A DNA stretch of 64,000 nt from Neoechinorhynchus agilis (Eukaryota; Animalia; Acanthocephala): positions 6,302,784 to 6,366,783 of the forward strand of contig CM121341.1 in the NCBI GenBank assembly GCA_051530055.1, given 5' to 3'. The notes beneath the pieces were generated by a model. That model was not told the DNA's origin, searched no databases, and saw only the letters and a list, made by a program, of their open reading frames with translations. The position numbers and the translations under genes are program-made. Of this stretch, positions 1 to 12,866 are shown piece by piece (position 1 is the first letter of the stretch; each line of letters begins with the position of its first letter).

Positions 1-771
1 CACATCCGCGATAAATGATTTTTTCGATTAAAGACGTTCTGGGAACCTCACCGTGAGTTCATCTCTATAATCAAAGAAATCATTTATCTCGGATGTGAAG
101 ACTTGTAACCGTAAATAATTCTTCTAATTAAATAGCCCCCCGGTATCTCCTCTTCGCATATCGACAGCCGACAAAATTAAATGCTGAATGAGAAAATTAA
201 GCTGATTGCCACAATTTACCCTTTCGAAATATTTCAATAATAATTTCACAATACTTTGAATATTAGCGTTTTATATTTATAAATTCATTGTTTTGTTTGG
301 CGTCGAGACACTCGGATCGTTTTTTTACCTCGGCGCAGGATCTGGTCAAGCAATTGTCTAAGAATTTTTATGGTTACAAAGCTTCACATCCGCGATAAAT
401 GATTTTTTCGATTAAAAAGACGTTCTGGTAACCTCACCGTGAGTTCATCTCTATAATCAAAGAAATCATTTATCTCGGATGTGAAGACTTGTAACCGTAA
501 ATAATTCTTCTAATTAAATAGCCCCCCCCGGTATCTCCTCTTCGCATATCGACAGCCGACAAAATTAAATGCTGAATGAGAAAATTAAGCTGATTGCCAC
601 AATTTACCCTTTCGAAATATTTCAATAATAATTTCGCAATACTTTGAATATTAGCGTTTTATATTTATAAATTCATTGTTTTGTTTGGCGTCGGGACACT
701 CGGGTCGTTTTGTATCTCGGTGCAGGACCTGGTCAAGCAATTGTCTAAGAATTTTTATGGTTACAATATCG
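1..771. repeat. Tandem array (2 units, cut by window edge) of a ~386-bp dispersed satellite containing a long hairpin
   Basis: The unit recurs at ~387-bp spacing (ggttacaaag at 372 and 759). The same unit occurs at 37479-38712 and 52939-53645. Internal inverted repeat: GGTTACAA..CACATCCGCGATAAATGATTTTTTCGATTA / TAATC..AAATCATTTATCTCGGATGTG..TTGTAACC. Confidence 0.95.
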
Positions 772-1174
772 CTTGATCGACTAATAGATCACATGAGAAT
801 TATGGGAAATTAAAATAAAATATGGTGTTGCACGAGATGTTATTTTCAGAGCTTTTATAAAACTTATACGGGTTCATTGCAGTAAACTCAACTCTCATCA
901 CAAGTGTTTTTTTGTGAATGTATCGGACTTGATGTTTTGAATTTGCGAGGAAATCTCGGCGAAACTGCATTCTCGACTAAACGCGAATTTCGAGGCTAAA
1001 TGGGAAAAGGCATTATTTCCCATTTTTTTCAGGACCCCTAAGAAGGAATAAAAGTCCGAGCGAACGGTTTTTAAATCGCTTCAATTGCTTAAATACATGC
1101 GGTTGAGAAATCAGTCTTGACATTCAAACCAACACTGTTTCTATTACTCAAAATGAACGAATATTTTTTCTTTT

Positions 1175-1333
1175 TTATTTGTTGATAGGAGAGATAAATG
1201 AAATTAAGATTTTATTGGATATTTCGATCCACTATCTCGGATCTTTTACAGGCAATCGCTGAAGAAGATCCGAGATAGTGGATCAAAATATCCAATAAAA
1301 CTCTTAATTTCATTTTCTCCTATCAACAAATAA
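1175..1333. repeat. Fold-back palindrome (MITE-like), ~70-bp arms
   Basis: TTATTTGTTGATAGGAGA...ATCTCGGATCTT pairs with AAGATCCGAGAT...TCTCCTATCAACAAATAA around a ~19-nt loop. Confidence 0.85.
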
Positions 1334-1943
1334 CAATGAATTATCTTTTCAACAATATTTTTTGTGTCAAATCAACTTCTTACAAAACTCTTAAATCCAT
1401 TGTTCATAATTAGGAGATTTTTCAAATTATAAAGTATTTCGCTTTGGAAAATGCGAGATAACAAAATGTGAAGATTTTCAAAATGGTTTTTTAGTGATTC
1501 GTTATTTTTTTAGAGATATCTTTATCTTCTTTTTTTTTAAACAAGAGCATACATAATTTATAGTTTCATCAACACTCCTATTCATCGGCGCTGGCCAAAA
1601 TGCTATTGCCCCGCTGCACCGCAATGCTTATTTTTTGCGCCAAGAACGACATCGATCTTGGCTCTCCAGTCGCTGCGTAAATTCGTTTCCCCAAGCGGAT
1701 AAAATCGGGGCCATAAGTTGAATTTTGAAACCCCGGGATCATATTCGGTCAAAAGTCACAAAATCGAATTTCTCTTTCAAAAAAAAGAGAGTATTATGAG
1801 CAATTTTACCTGCACTTGCTTCCATTTTAGTTCAGTCTTACAAAGAAGAGATTCGTAGTTTTATTAAGGTTTCGACGCAACGTTCTTTTTGTATGTTGAT
1901 GATTAAATCCTCAACGAGAGCACTATGACTAACCTTTTCAGAT

Positions 1944-4545
1944 TCACTTAACGTCTTCTCCTAGTTTACATAGCTAAAGTAATCGTTTTGAAACAGACTC
2001 ATTAAGAAATATTGTGGTCGGACCTGATCTAGGAATATTTCCGGACTCAGTAGTTCGGTACATCCGTATGTTATGTTTCTACTGGTGGTTGCGGCGGCGG
2101 CGGTCATTTTGGTGGTGGTGGTGCTGGATCCACCGACGCTTAGACATTCAAGAAGGTTGCTGTATTCCAGATAACAACCTCCTCCGATCACAAAAACAAT
2201 TGAACTTGTGAAAGCGTTATTTTTAAGACGCGACCGTTCAACGTTAGATATACGTTTCGGATCAACGAAGACGAATCGTTCACTACCAGGACAAGCAGTT
2301 TGCTGTTGGTCCATGAGACATTCGACTAGTTTTGTAAGTGGAAGACGTTGCTTTAAAAAAAGGTTCTAAGTTCCATTAACAAAATAACAAGTTACCTTTC
2401 GTTTAATGCTAAAATTACGAACACCATCCATCGCGAACCTTGAGGCTTTCGTCAAAAGGTCAGAAAACATGCTAGTTTGTGCGGTTATAGAAGATCCAGA
2501 ATCAACTGTCATTCGTTGAGTAATACATCGCCAACGATGAACATATCTTATGGCAAGAATGTCCGATTCCGTGCATCCGGACGACAGTAAAGCCTTTTCG
2601 CACTTTGACATTTCTGACTAAACGACGAATTCGGTTTGGTTTAAATTGTTAACACTCACTTTGTTCATAGATGGTGATGAATCCGAGGATATTAAATAAG
2701 TTAGAAATACACGGAGTTTATCACGACCAGTTCCGTCGGTCTTATCGGACAATATTTCCCACATTGGTCTACCCTGCGTACAAATGGAATTAAAATCCTC
2801 TTTTTTTGTCTCTACAACATACCAAATCTTGCTTAGAAGCAAGTTTTTGTTCGTATTCAAATAGAACATCAATCTGCCTGCTTTTTATACGTTCCAAAAG
2901 GGAGGTAGCAATGTTTGTATGCATGTCCAAATACCGCTTTCGTTCGATGAGTTGTGGCAAATTGGAGACAGCAGTGTTAAGTTTACAAGTAGTATCAGAT
3001 ACCATCAATGAAACATCGTCAGTTTCAGATGTTCCCTTTTTTAAATTGGAATGAATAAAAGCTGATTCCATAGACACACACAAAGAATACTCACCAATAT
3101 ATCTCTTAGTGTTTTCACTTCTTGTTCGGATACTCTATACGAATCAAGCTCATGTTGAATGTCCTCAGCAACTTGAGGGAACGAGCTTGAACGATGGTTA
3201 TTCCAGAAATTATCGTTGGTTTCTCCAAGTACGTAAAATGCAGGTTTGTCTTTTCCGACTTGAATTGTGATTCTATTCATACGAGATCCAATCAAGTCAT
3301 GAATTAGTGCCTGATACGACCAAGCATGTTGAAGTGGCGTAGCCATGTCGAAATCTCGATCGACCAGAATCAATAATGGCCGATTAAAGCTAACACACAG
3401 AGAACACGAATTAAGGTTCTCTTAATTGGAGAAAATTAACACCGAACCTTAATTGACCCATTGCGAGACCAACTTCTGAGCCACTGAAGAAATTATTGCT
3501 TGAATCATGTATAGACGCTCTTAGTCTTTTATCAATCGCCTACTAGGATACCAAACGAGAGATAAGAAATTTCTTTTTCTAAGAAATTACCTTTCCAACA
3601 GCTTCGGCCATTCCACCCTGAGAAAACGTGATAAAAGGAATAGAATCCATTGTTAGAAGAACTGAAAAAAGTCCGTCCACGATTACATTGACCATTGCTT
3701 CGATTTCATGTTCACTTGTAATATTTGATCGATTTATATCTTTAGATTACAAGCACGAAAAAAAAGAAGATTCGTCAACAAGGGGGCAGACGACTAACTG
3801 TAGTACGACATTTGGGACAAGATGTTTTGGTTAGGGTTCGACAATACGAACAAATCACTTTCCAAACAAATGAAATTCACATATTGATCATAAATCTACA
3901 CAAGTGAAAACAAAAAAAACCACGCGATTTCTTACCTTCTTTATGAGTTTATTGGTGCCACTTAGGACTACTGTTTCGGCAAGGTATTCAAGGAGTTCGC
4001 GAGGAACATGAGTGATAAAGTTTACGTAATATGATTGATACATGTTTGATCTAAGATCCTTGAAAAAAAACGTTCATTTTGTAGCCTTAAAAATATATTG
4101 GCAAACTTACTTCACATAATCGTTCCACGTTCTCTTGAGTAGGAAGCATAAAGTAGACGGCAGGAGCTTCCTCAATTCGTTCCCGTTTCGATAATAATGA
4201 CCTGGGAAATATTGAACATTCGGCGAAAATCAAAGGACTTACATGTGCATCGTGATTCCAAGTTGCCGAAGCTGTTTAACCGAAAAAATAGGAGATATGA
4301 TACACTGACCCATATCGTCATGAATGAGCACTCGCCAAAAATCAATCGATTGATTCTCAGCATTCTTCTTAAAACTCAATTTGGTACCAAAAAACAAAAC
4401 ACAAGCGTGATACTTACATCAGAACCAAAACGACTTGTTAAAAATCGCTTTATAAAATCTAATTAAATGCTGTGAAAACAGAGAAGAGCCACAAAAAAAA
4501 CTTACACTGTTGCCGATCTCGTAATCCAAATTTTGTTGGATACAT
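1944..4545 (-). CDS. SCFD1: Sec1/Munc18-family vesicle trafficking protein SLY1/SCFD1, multi-exon
   Basis: Motifs include GLRDRQ..IKRFL, FWRVLIHDDMGQCIISP, LILVDRDFDMATPLQHAWSYQALIHD, LDMHTNIATSLL and IVFVIGGGCYLEY. All introns traced are GT-AG and about 40-60 nt. ATG is at 4545, exon 1 is 4545-4506, stop TGA is at 1946-1944. Confidence 0.93.
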
Positions 4546-6272
4546 TTTAAAAAAAATCAATCTGAAGATTTTGAATTTTAAAATTATCTCCGTAATTCCC
4601 TAAAACAATGCTATATTCTCAAGCAAAATGACACTTTTTTCATTCTTAACATGTTGCCATCTCGTAATCCAAATTTTGTTGGATACATTTAAAAAATCAA
4701 TCTGAAGATTTTGAATTTTAAAATTATCTCCGTAATTCCCTAAAACAATGCTATATTCTCAAGCAAAATGACACTTTTTTTTCAATTCTTAACATGTTGC
4801 CATCTCGTAATCCAAATTTTGTTGGATACATTTTAAAAAAATTCAATCTGAAGATTTTGAATTTTAAAATTATCTCCGTAATTCCGCTAAAACAATGCTA
4901 TATTCTCAAGCAAAATGACACTTTTTTTTCAATTCTTAACATGTTGCCGATCTCGTAATCCAAATTTTGTTGGATACATTTTAAAAAAAATCAATCTGAA
5001 GATTTTGAATTTTAAAATTATCTCCGTAATTCCGCTAAAACAATGCTATATTCTCAAGCAAAATGACACTTTTTTTTCAATTCTTAACATGTTGCCGATC
5101 TCGTAATCCAAATTTTGTTGGATACATTTAAAAAAAATTCAATCTGAAGATTTTGAATTTTAAAATTATCTCCGTAATTCCGCTAAAACAATGCTATATT
5201 CTCAAGCAAAATGACACTTTTTTTTCATTTCTTAACATGTTGCCTATCTCGTAATCCAAATTTTGTTGGATACATTTAAAAAAAATTCAATCTGAAGATT
5301 TTGAATTTTAAAATTATCTCCGTAATTCCGCTAAAACAATGCTATATTCTCAAGCAAAATGACACTTTTTTTTCAATTCTTAACATGTTGCCTATCTCGT
5401 AATCCAAATTTTGTTGGATACATTTTAAAAAAAATCAATCTGAAGATTTTGAATTTTAAAATTATCTCCGTAATTCCGCTAAAACAATGCTATATTCTCA
5501 AGCAAAATGACACTTTTTCATTTCTTAACATGTTGCCTATCTCGTAATCCAAATTTTGTTGGATACATTTTAAAAAAATTCAATCTGAAGATTTTGAATT
5601 TTAAAATTATCTCCGTAATTCCGCTAAAACAATGCTATATTCTCAAGCAAAATGACACTTTTTTTTCAATTCTTAACATGTTGCCTATCTCGTAATCCAA
5701 ATTTTGTTGGATACATTTAAAAAAAAATCAATCTGAAGATTTTGAATTTTAAAATTATCTCCGTAATTCCGCTAAAACAATGCTATATTCTCAAGCAAAA
5801 TGACACTTTTTTTTCATTTCTTAACATGTTGCCTATCTCGTAATCCAAATTTTGTTGGATACATTTAAAAAAAATTCAATCTGAAGATTTTGAATTTTAA
5901 AATTATCTCCGTAATTCCGCTAAAACAATGCTATATTCTCAAGCAAAATGACACTTTTTTTTCATTTCTTAACATGTTGCCTATCTCGTAATCCAAATTT
6001 TGTTGGATACATTTTAAAAAAATTCAATCTGAAGATTTTGAATTTTTAAAATTATCTCCGTAATTCCACTAAAACAATGCTATATTCTCAAGCAAAATGA
6101 CACTTTTTTTCCAATTCTTAACATCTTGCCTATCTCGTAATCCAAATTTTGTTGGATACATTTAAAAAAAAATCAATCTGAAGATTTTGAATTTTTAAAA
6201 TTATCTCCGTAATTCCGCTAAAACAATGCTATATTCTCAAGCAAAATGACACTTTTTTTTCATTTCTTAACA
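4509..6272. repeat. ~148-bp tandem array (about 12 copies) whose unit contains the SCFD1 start codon and first exon
   Basis: ctcgtaatcc recurs at 4518, 4661, 4804, 4952, 5100, 5248, 5397 and onward to 6135. On the minus strand each unit reads ATG TAT CCA ACA AAA TTT GGA TTA CGA GAT. Confidence 0.95.
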
Positions 6273-6693
6273 AAAGATGTTTCAAATACCACGGAATCTC
6301 CTTGTAGACTTTGGTCGATGTAATTCTCGAAGTCAATTGTTTTTAATAGATGATTTTCAACGCCAAAAAAACACTCGATGATCAAACAGTGCAAAAGTAC
6401 ACACACAGGAAACAAAATGAAAATGGACTTTTCGTACGATTGCTATTTGTTTCACTGATGATTTCATCGATATTTCCGGTCAATTAGGACATTTCCTCAA
6501 GGTTTGTCATTCACCAGTGAATTCGAAAGCCCAGAATGGCAAAGAGGACATTTGTAGAAAATCCTATCGATTCTATTGATAAATTCTGATCAACTTGAAA
6601 TTTAGATCGTCCAAAGAAGACGATCATTCTTCTGAATCTCAACGTTCATTAGGAGTCGATAATTTATGAACGCACCATGGCTAATTTCTCGGT

Positions 6694-7101
6694 GTGATTT
6701 TTAAAAACCTACTACGACGGCAAAACAAGGCTTCCTCCTCCCACCTTCTGATCGAAAGAACTGGCGGTGTCACATCTACTTTCGGCGACACGCCCCTCAC
6801 CTTTCTCACACACCTGACTTTCCTCAGCGTTCGCCCCGAGATGATGAGACAGAGATTAGAAGGCGTGCCAGCGGATAAATGGCTGGACGCTGCTCAAAAG
6901 GCTATTCGGTTCCTTGAGGATGTATGCGAACGTGAAGATAGGCGCTCGGGACCAAAAGTCCGAACTTTGATCCAACGACACATCAATGCACTCGCCAATG
7001 ACCTCAGACAAACATTCGAGAAAAACATGGACGACAAAGAAGACCGCCACCAAGAAGGACAACAAATAAGTGATGACATCATGAACATTGTGAACCAGTG
7101 A
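6694..7101 (+). CDS. Hypothetical protein (135-aa ORF, unrecognised)
   Basis: Open frame with GC-richer, coding-like composition between two satellites. No motif recognised. Confidence 0.3.
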   Translation: MIFKNLLRRQNKASSSHLLIERTGGVTSTFGDTPLTFLTHLTFLSVRPEMMRQRLEGVPADKWLDAAQKAIRFLEDVCEREDRRSGPKVRTLIQRHINALANDLRQTFEKNMDDKEDRHQEGQQISDDIMNIVNQ

Positions 7102-7180
7102 CTCCTACGCCCCTCTTTATTTTTGATTTCTTCCGTATCTACACGAGTGACGTAATCGTCCAAAAGTGACCGAAATCTCT

Positions 7181-8884
7181 TGTCCATCTCACAACAACAA
7201 CAACAGAATCAATCGAGGAGCGGGGGATTTTTTGTTTCTAACTGTTCACCCCCATCTATTGATCCATCTCACAACAACAACAACAGAATCAATCGAATCT
7301 CTCAATTATCGAGTTCTTTTTTGTCTCTTAGATCTTTAGTCTTTTTTGGCTATAAGAATAGTTCATCGGCGTGGTGGGGGGATTTTCAACTCGTTTCCCC
7401 TGATTATCGATTTGTTTCTAACTGTTCACCCCCATCTATTGATCCATCTCACAACAACAACAACAGAATCAATCGAATCTCTCAATTATCGAGTTCTTTT
7501 TTGTCTCTTAGATCTTTAGTCTTTTTTTTGGCTATAAGAATAGTTCATCGGCGTGGGGGGGGATTTTCAACTCGTTTCCCCTGATTATCGATTTGTTTCT
7601 AACTGTTCACCCCCATCTATTGATCCATCTCACAACAACAACAGAATCAATCGAATCTCTCAATTATCGAGTTCTTTTTTGTCTCTTAGATCTTTAGTCT
7701 TTTTTTGGCTATAAGAATAGTTCATCGGCGTGGTGGGGGGATTTTCAACTCGTTTCCCCTGATTATCGATTTGTTTCTAACTGTTCACCCCCATCTATTG
7801 ATCCATCTCACAACAACAACAACAGAATCAATCGAATCTCTCAATTATCGAGTTCTTTTTTGTCTCTTAGATCTTTAGTCTTTTTTTGGCTATAAGAATA
7901 GTTCATCGGCGTGGTGGGGGGATTTTCAACTCGTTTCCCCTGATTATCGATTTGTTTTAACTGTTCACCCCATCTATTGATCCATCCACAACAACAACAG
8001 AATCAATCGAATCTCTCAATTATCGAGTTCTTTTTTGTCTCTTAGATCTTTAGTCTTTTTTTTGGCTATAAGAATAGTTCATCGGCGTGGTGGGGGGATT
8101 TTCAACTCGTTTTCCCTGATTATCGATTTGTTTCTAACTGTTCACCCCCATCTATTGATCCATCTCACAACAACAACAACAGAATCAATCGAATCTCTCA
8201 ATTATCGAGTTCTTTTTTGTCTCTTAGATCTTTAGTCTTTTTTTTGGCTATAAGAATAGTTCATCGGCGTGGTGGGGGGATTTTCAACTCGTTTCCCCTG
8301 ATTATCGATTTGTTTCTAACTGTTCACCCCCATCTATTGATCCATCTCACAACAACAACAACAGAATCAATCGAATCTCTCAATTATCGAGTTCTTTTTT
8401 GTCTCTTAGATCTTTAGTCTTTTTTTGGCTATAAGAATAGTTCATCGGCGTGGTGGGGGGATTTTCAACTCGTTTCCCCTGATTATCGATTTGTTTCTAA
8501 CTGTTCACCCCCATCTATTGATCCATCTCACAACAACAACAACAGAATCAATCGAATCTCTCAATTATCGAGTTCTTTTTTGTCTCTTAGATCTTTAGTC
8601 TTTTTTTGGCTATAAGAATAGTTCATCGGCGTGGTGGGGGGATTTTCAACTCGTTTCCCCTGATTATCGATTTGTTTCTAACTGTTCACCCCCATCTATT
8701 GATCCATCTCACAACAACAACAACAGAATCAATCGAATCTCTCAATTATCGAGTTCTTTTTTGTCTCTTAGATCTTTGGTCTTTTTTGGCTATAAGAATA
8801 GTTCATCGGCGTGGTGGGGGGATTTTCAACTCGTTTCCCCTGATTATCGATTTGTTTCTAACTGTTCACCCCCATCTATTGATC
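7181..8884. repeat. ~181-bp tandem satellite, about 9 copies
   Basis: tttgtttctaactgttcacc recurs from 7231 to 8851 at ~180-bp spacing and contains a (CAA)n microsatellite. Confidence 0.95.
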
Positions 8885-8976
8885 GAGCTAATTGCTTATT
8901 TTTTTTGGTGGTCATTATTTGTTAAAATGCACTTACAATTTTATGTCGCCTAAATTTCATCATCATTTTTTGAATT

Positions 8977-9699
8977 TTGTTAACCTTTGTGGGTTTTGGA
9001 GTCACCAGTATAGCTGAGCAGGAGCAGTTGCGAATGGATGCCGACGATGACAAGCAGTCGGTTCTTAAAGTGCCCCAGCAACTCATACATCTTGGTCTCA
9101 GTAGGCCTCGTCGTATGAATGTAACTCCGCCTTCTCGTCCACTCACTCAAGCGGTTTCTAATCGTGTACAGCAATTCGAATCCACGGATGAACTTCTTGT
9201 CAAGCGATCGAATCGCCGGTTTCAATATCGCAAAGTTTTCTGTAAAAAAGATAATGGCGACTTTATTGTCCACGCCCGAGCCAGAAGTGCAGCTCCTACA
9301 TCTAATAGAACTAAGATAAACGAAAAGAATAGTGAGAAGAAGGTATCGACGTCCATTCCTTTTAACAAGATTACTACTACGTTGATTACAACAAATCAAT
9401 TGAGTAAATCCGATGAAGATGTTTCTAGTGTTGAAAGGCTCAAATTGAAGACGCATTTCGTAGCTAGAGAGCGAGCGGCCATTCTTGCTTCACAGCTCCC
9501 TGAAAGTAAACTGTTCAACAGCCGTGCCGCTCAGCTCGCAAACGGAGATGAAAACGTTGTCGACAGACGTCGTCTTAGCTGCTTTGGATTTGTAAGGAAG
9601 TCAGTTGTTGGGGAGGATATGGACTCTTACGGTATGTCGGGAATGACGGTCAAACAACGCATCAAACTCTATGATCAGGTCGGAAATGGCGGTAAGTGA
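8977..9699 (+). CDS. Hypothetical S/R/K-rich protein (exon or single-exon ORF)
   Basis: 240-aa open frame. C-terminus VKQRIKLYD is coding-like. No family recognised. Confidence 0.4.
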   Translation: MLTFVGFGVTSIAEQEQLRMDADDDKQSVLKVPQQLIHLGLSRPRRMNVTPPSRPLTQAVSNRVQQFESTDELLVKRSNRRFQYRKVFCKKDNGDFIVHARARSAAPTSNRTKINEKNSEKKVSTSIPFNKITTTLITTNQLSKSDEDVSSVERLKLKTHFVARERAAILASQLPESKLFNSRAAQLANGDENVVDRRRLSCFGFVRKSVVGEDMDSYGMSGMTVKQRIKLYDQVGNGGK

Positions 9700-11337
9700 T
9701 AATAGCATTGAGAAAAGAAATATTGCTGGAAATGATCTCTTTTTTGTATTGAAGGTTTACGCGAAAAAAACCCAACGCGAAACGCGAGTTTGAATATTTG
9801 GGCTCCATTTTAAGCCCATCGGTGTGTGGTCGAGAGTATGGTTTACACTTGATTTACTCGCAAACTTAGCGATCCTTAAATAGTTAAAAAATCTCAAATT
9901 GTACGCATCGATTCTGATGTATGGGTTTTTGCGAACAACATGCATTGATTTACGAGGTGAACGAAACAACACGTCGTGAATTGACGCCTTTTCCCCCAAA
10001 CAAACCGAATGTTAAACTCAAAATACCATTGATAACGACACTATTCTCAAAAAAAACATTTTATATTTCTTGTGAACGAGAAACACTGTCGCAAAAACTT
10101 GAATTTTTGTTAGATCTCTCATTCATTTTATAAAACAAACGCCGCAAAACAGCTTCATTGTTGTAGATTTGTATTGGAAAAATATCGACATGAATGTTCA
10201 CGTTTTCGTTAAGAGCGTAAATCATACGAATTCAAAAAATCATTGCATATCTTTCCAAATTTGCCATTGTCGGAACTGGACCCCCTCGATCCAAGCACAA
10301 ATCAAAATGAAAAAAAAACGCGAAGTAACTGTGGTGAGTTCGATGACATGGAAAAAAAGTTGAATTCTATGGGAATGTATTGGTGGGATTAAGGTGACCC
10401 GAGACAAACCATCGGATTATCAATGCCGTTCTTCAATTTGTGTCTGAAAGTTAATCAGGTCGCTGATTTAAGTTGGTATCGCAAACCATGTCGTAAAAGG
10501 ATAGTCACGCATTGTGATTCCCATTATCCTTTTGGGCAATGAAACAGACAATTTATTCTGAGATGCACAGGACAGCGCTGGTTTGTTCATCTTCATTAAC
10601 GGCGAAACCAAGGGGTCTAAACGGAGTCATGCGGTTCCAGCAGCGGCGGCAGGAGAAACGGAACGATGGTCGTTACCGATTCTCAAAGTAAAAATATATC
10701 AGTGAAAAGTTCACTAGTGACGTTCCAAAAAGCTTCTGCGACGATCGAGAATAAATGTCCGGATTGTCTACGGAGAATCGCACCTACACTTAGGCGAATC
10801 CTTGCGAGAACGAGACATCATAAAACGCCAGAATCGTGTCCAGTTAAGTCAGTGAGCACGAATTACAGATAAGATTCGATTTGAACTCGTACAAGATAAC
10901 CTGTGAACGATGTTTGACCATCACGAGTACATCCTTACGTAATAAATCCGGACGCAAAGTGATGGCTATGGACAAAACACCACTCAGACTACCACAGCGA
11001 CGGGCAGACAATGCGACCGAGAGTTCTGGACATCAGCTAGACAATGCCACAGAACTGCTCAACAAACGGGACGAACGTTCCACATTTCAATATCGCTACT
11101 TTAACACAAACTCAGTTAACATCTCTACGCCGCAGATTCCTGAGCCGTGAGACGGTGAGGGTACGGGAAAAAAAGGTTTTCATTTTATCCCCACAACGAC
11201 CCTCTGCCAATTCTAAATTAAAGAAACTGGATAAATTTGGATTTCTGTTTTTTTCCAATGACCTTCACGTCCTCGTGTACCATAGTTAACTACTAGAACT
11301 AGGCTACTTTTTCCAAAAACGTTGAAAAATGATTTCG

Positions 11338-11794
11338 TTAGGAGATGCTCCGTACAAATGGCTCTGGTCCAACATAAACAATCCGAAAGGCATCATATAC
11401 ATAGTGACTGCTGAAAAGTGAAGAGAGAAAGAGGTAAAATGTCACCCCACAGCCGCCATTACCGCCACCAGTAGATGTTACAGTCTGCTCCGTTGTTAGT
11501 CTTACGCAAGAAGCTCTTCTGCACAAAACATGTGCAGCACTCGATACTGCTCGCTATCCACAAAAAGATAAAAGGAAGAGATCGTTGATGAACAATCGAT
11601 GGAGGAAACAACAGGATTGTCACAGATGCTCCGATTTTGTTGAAAGTGTAAGCAAATTGGGTCGGAAATTGTCGGCCAAAAGTTGCAGTGGTCGCGATTC
11701 TATCCTCACTTCTTAATTTCAGCACCATAAGAACTCTCTCGTAAAAGGCCTGAGGGTTACCTCGAGGTTGGATTCGATAACATAAAAAAATCAT
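11338..11794 (-). CDS. Hypothetical protein, probable spliced exons
   Basis: Two overlapping ORFs in different frames, with a pyrimidine-rich tag| acceptor near 11555. Product not recognised. Confidence 0.3.
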
Positions 11795-11921
11795 CTTGTA
11801 GCTTTAAATATCAGTGACGAAAATTAGGAACACCGTTTTTAATTTTTGGAATAGATTACTTGGATTATTATCTTCGGTGGGGGAAAAGATACTTTGTTTT
11901 CTTTAGTTTTGCCACCTCCTC

Positions 11922-12050
11922 AGTTCACTAATCCTTATTTAACCGATATTTCACCTCTCGGAATGTTTGCAAGTGTTAATGATAGACCTTAATGAAGATG
12001 TCGGAATTATCCGAGAGGTGAAATGTCGGTTAAATAAGGATTAGTGAACT
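11922..12050. repeat. Fold-back palindrome, 41-bp arms
   Basis: AGTTCACTAATCCTTATTTAACCGATATTTCACCTCTCGGA pairs with TCCGAGAGGTGAAATGTCGGTTAAATAAGGATTAGTGAACT, with one mismatch. Confidence 0.85.
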
Positions 12051-12866
12051 TTAGTTCCCGAGGGGTGAATGGCAAAAATAAGAAAAAGAAAATAGATTAC
12101 ATTAAAGCTACACACTAAAGTCGTGCCAAAGTATGGGCAAAAACAGTTGATAAAAAAACGAGTGATATCTACTGGACAAATGACTCTTTCACTCAAAATG
12201 CTCTGATTTGTATTGCCGTAATAGATAGGAAAAAGTATGCTAGGAGCGACTAAGAGCGTTAACGATCACTAAATTTGGAGGTTTGACCTTACTGTGAGAA
12301 GAGAGGTGTTCTCCATTGAGTTGCAAGTGATTTGGAATCTTGATAGCCCTTTCAGAAGAAACGGACAACTCCGTTTGTGAGAAATTCTTAGCATACCTTT
12401 TTCAAGTTGAACTAAACGCAATTTCAAACGGTAAAGTGCGATTTTACGGATTGCGTGAAATGAGAGATTTGAAAACGCGTTTTAATCACTCGTTTCCTTC
12501 CTGGATGACCACCTTCAACGTTTTTCTTTTAGTGCGAATGGTAATTCTTCATACAAACCGAAAATGAGCAAGATTTGAATGATGACTGCAACTTTTCGTG
12601 GTGCACTGCGTCTAACACTGTAATTTCGTTAGAAGTAACATCCGAACCACAGTCAAAAAATTAAATTCCCAACTCTAAATGGTGCACTTTCGCTCATTTC
12701 GACTTCATGACTTCCACAAAAAAAATATTCAATCGGTTTTCGCGACAGGACCCACCTAAAGCTGGAGATCTCCAGTGAACGCGATGATACATCGCTGCTA
12801 ATCTGTTTGAACATAAAAATGTTCATATTTTGGTTATTTTATATGATAGCGTACAGAAATTGAAAT

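Noticed and set aside
1-771. Hammerhead ribozyme (retrozyme) or spliced-leader RNA in the 386-bp unit
   Set aside because: No CUGANGA plus GAAA core was found on either strand by eye, and no recognisable leader plus donor plus Sm-site arrangement. A covariance-model search is still needed.
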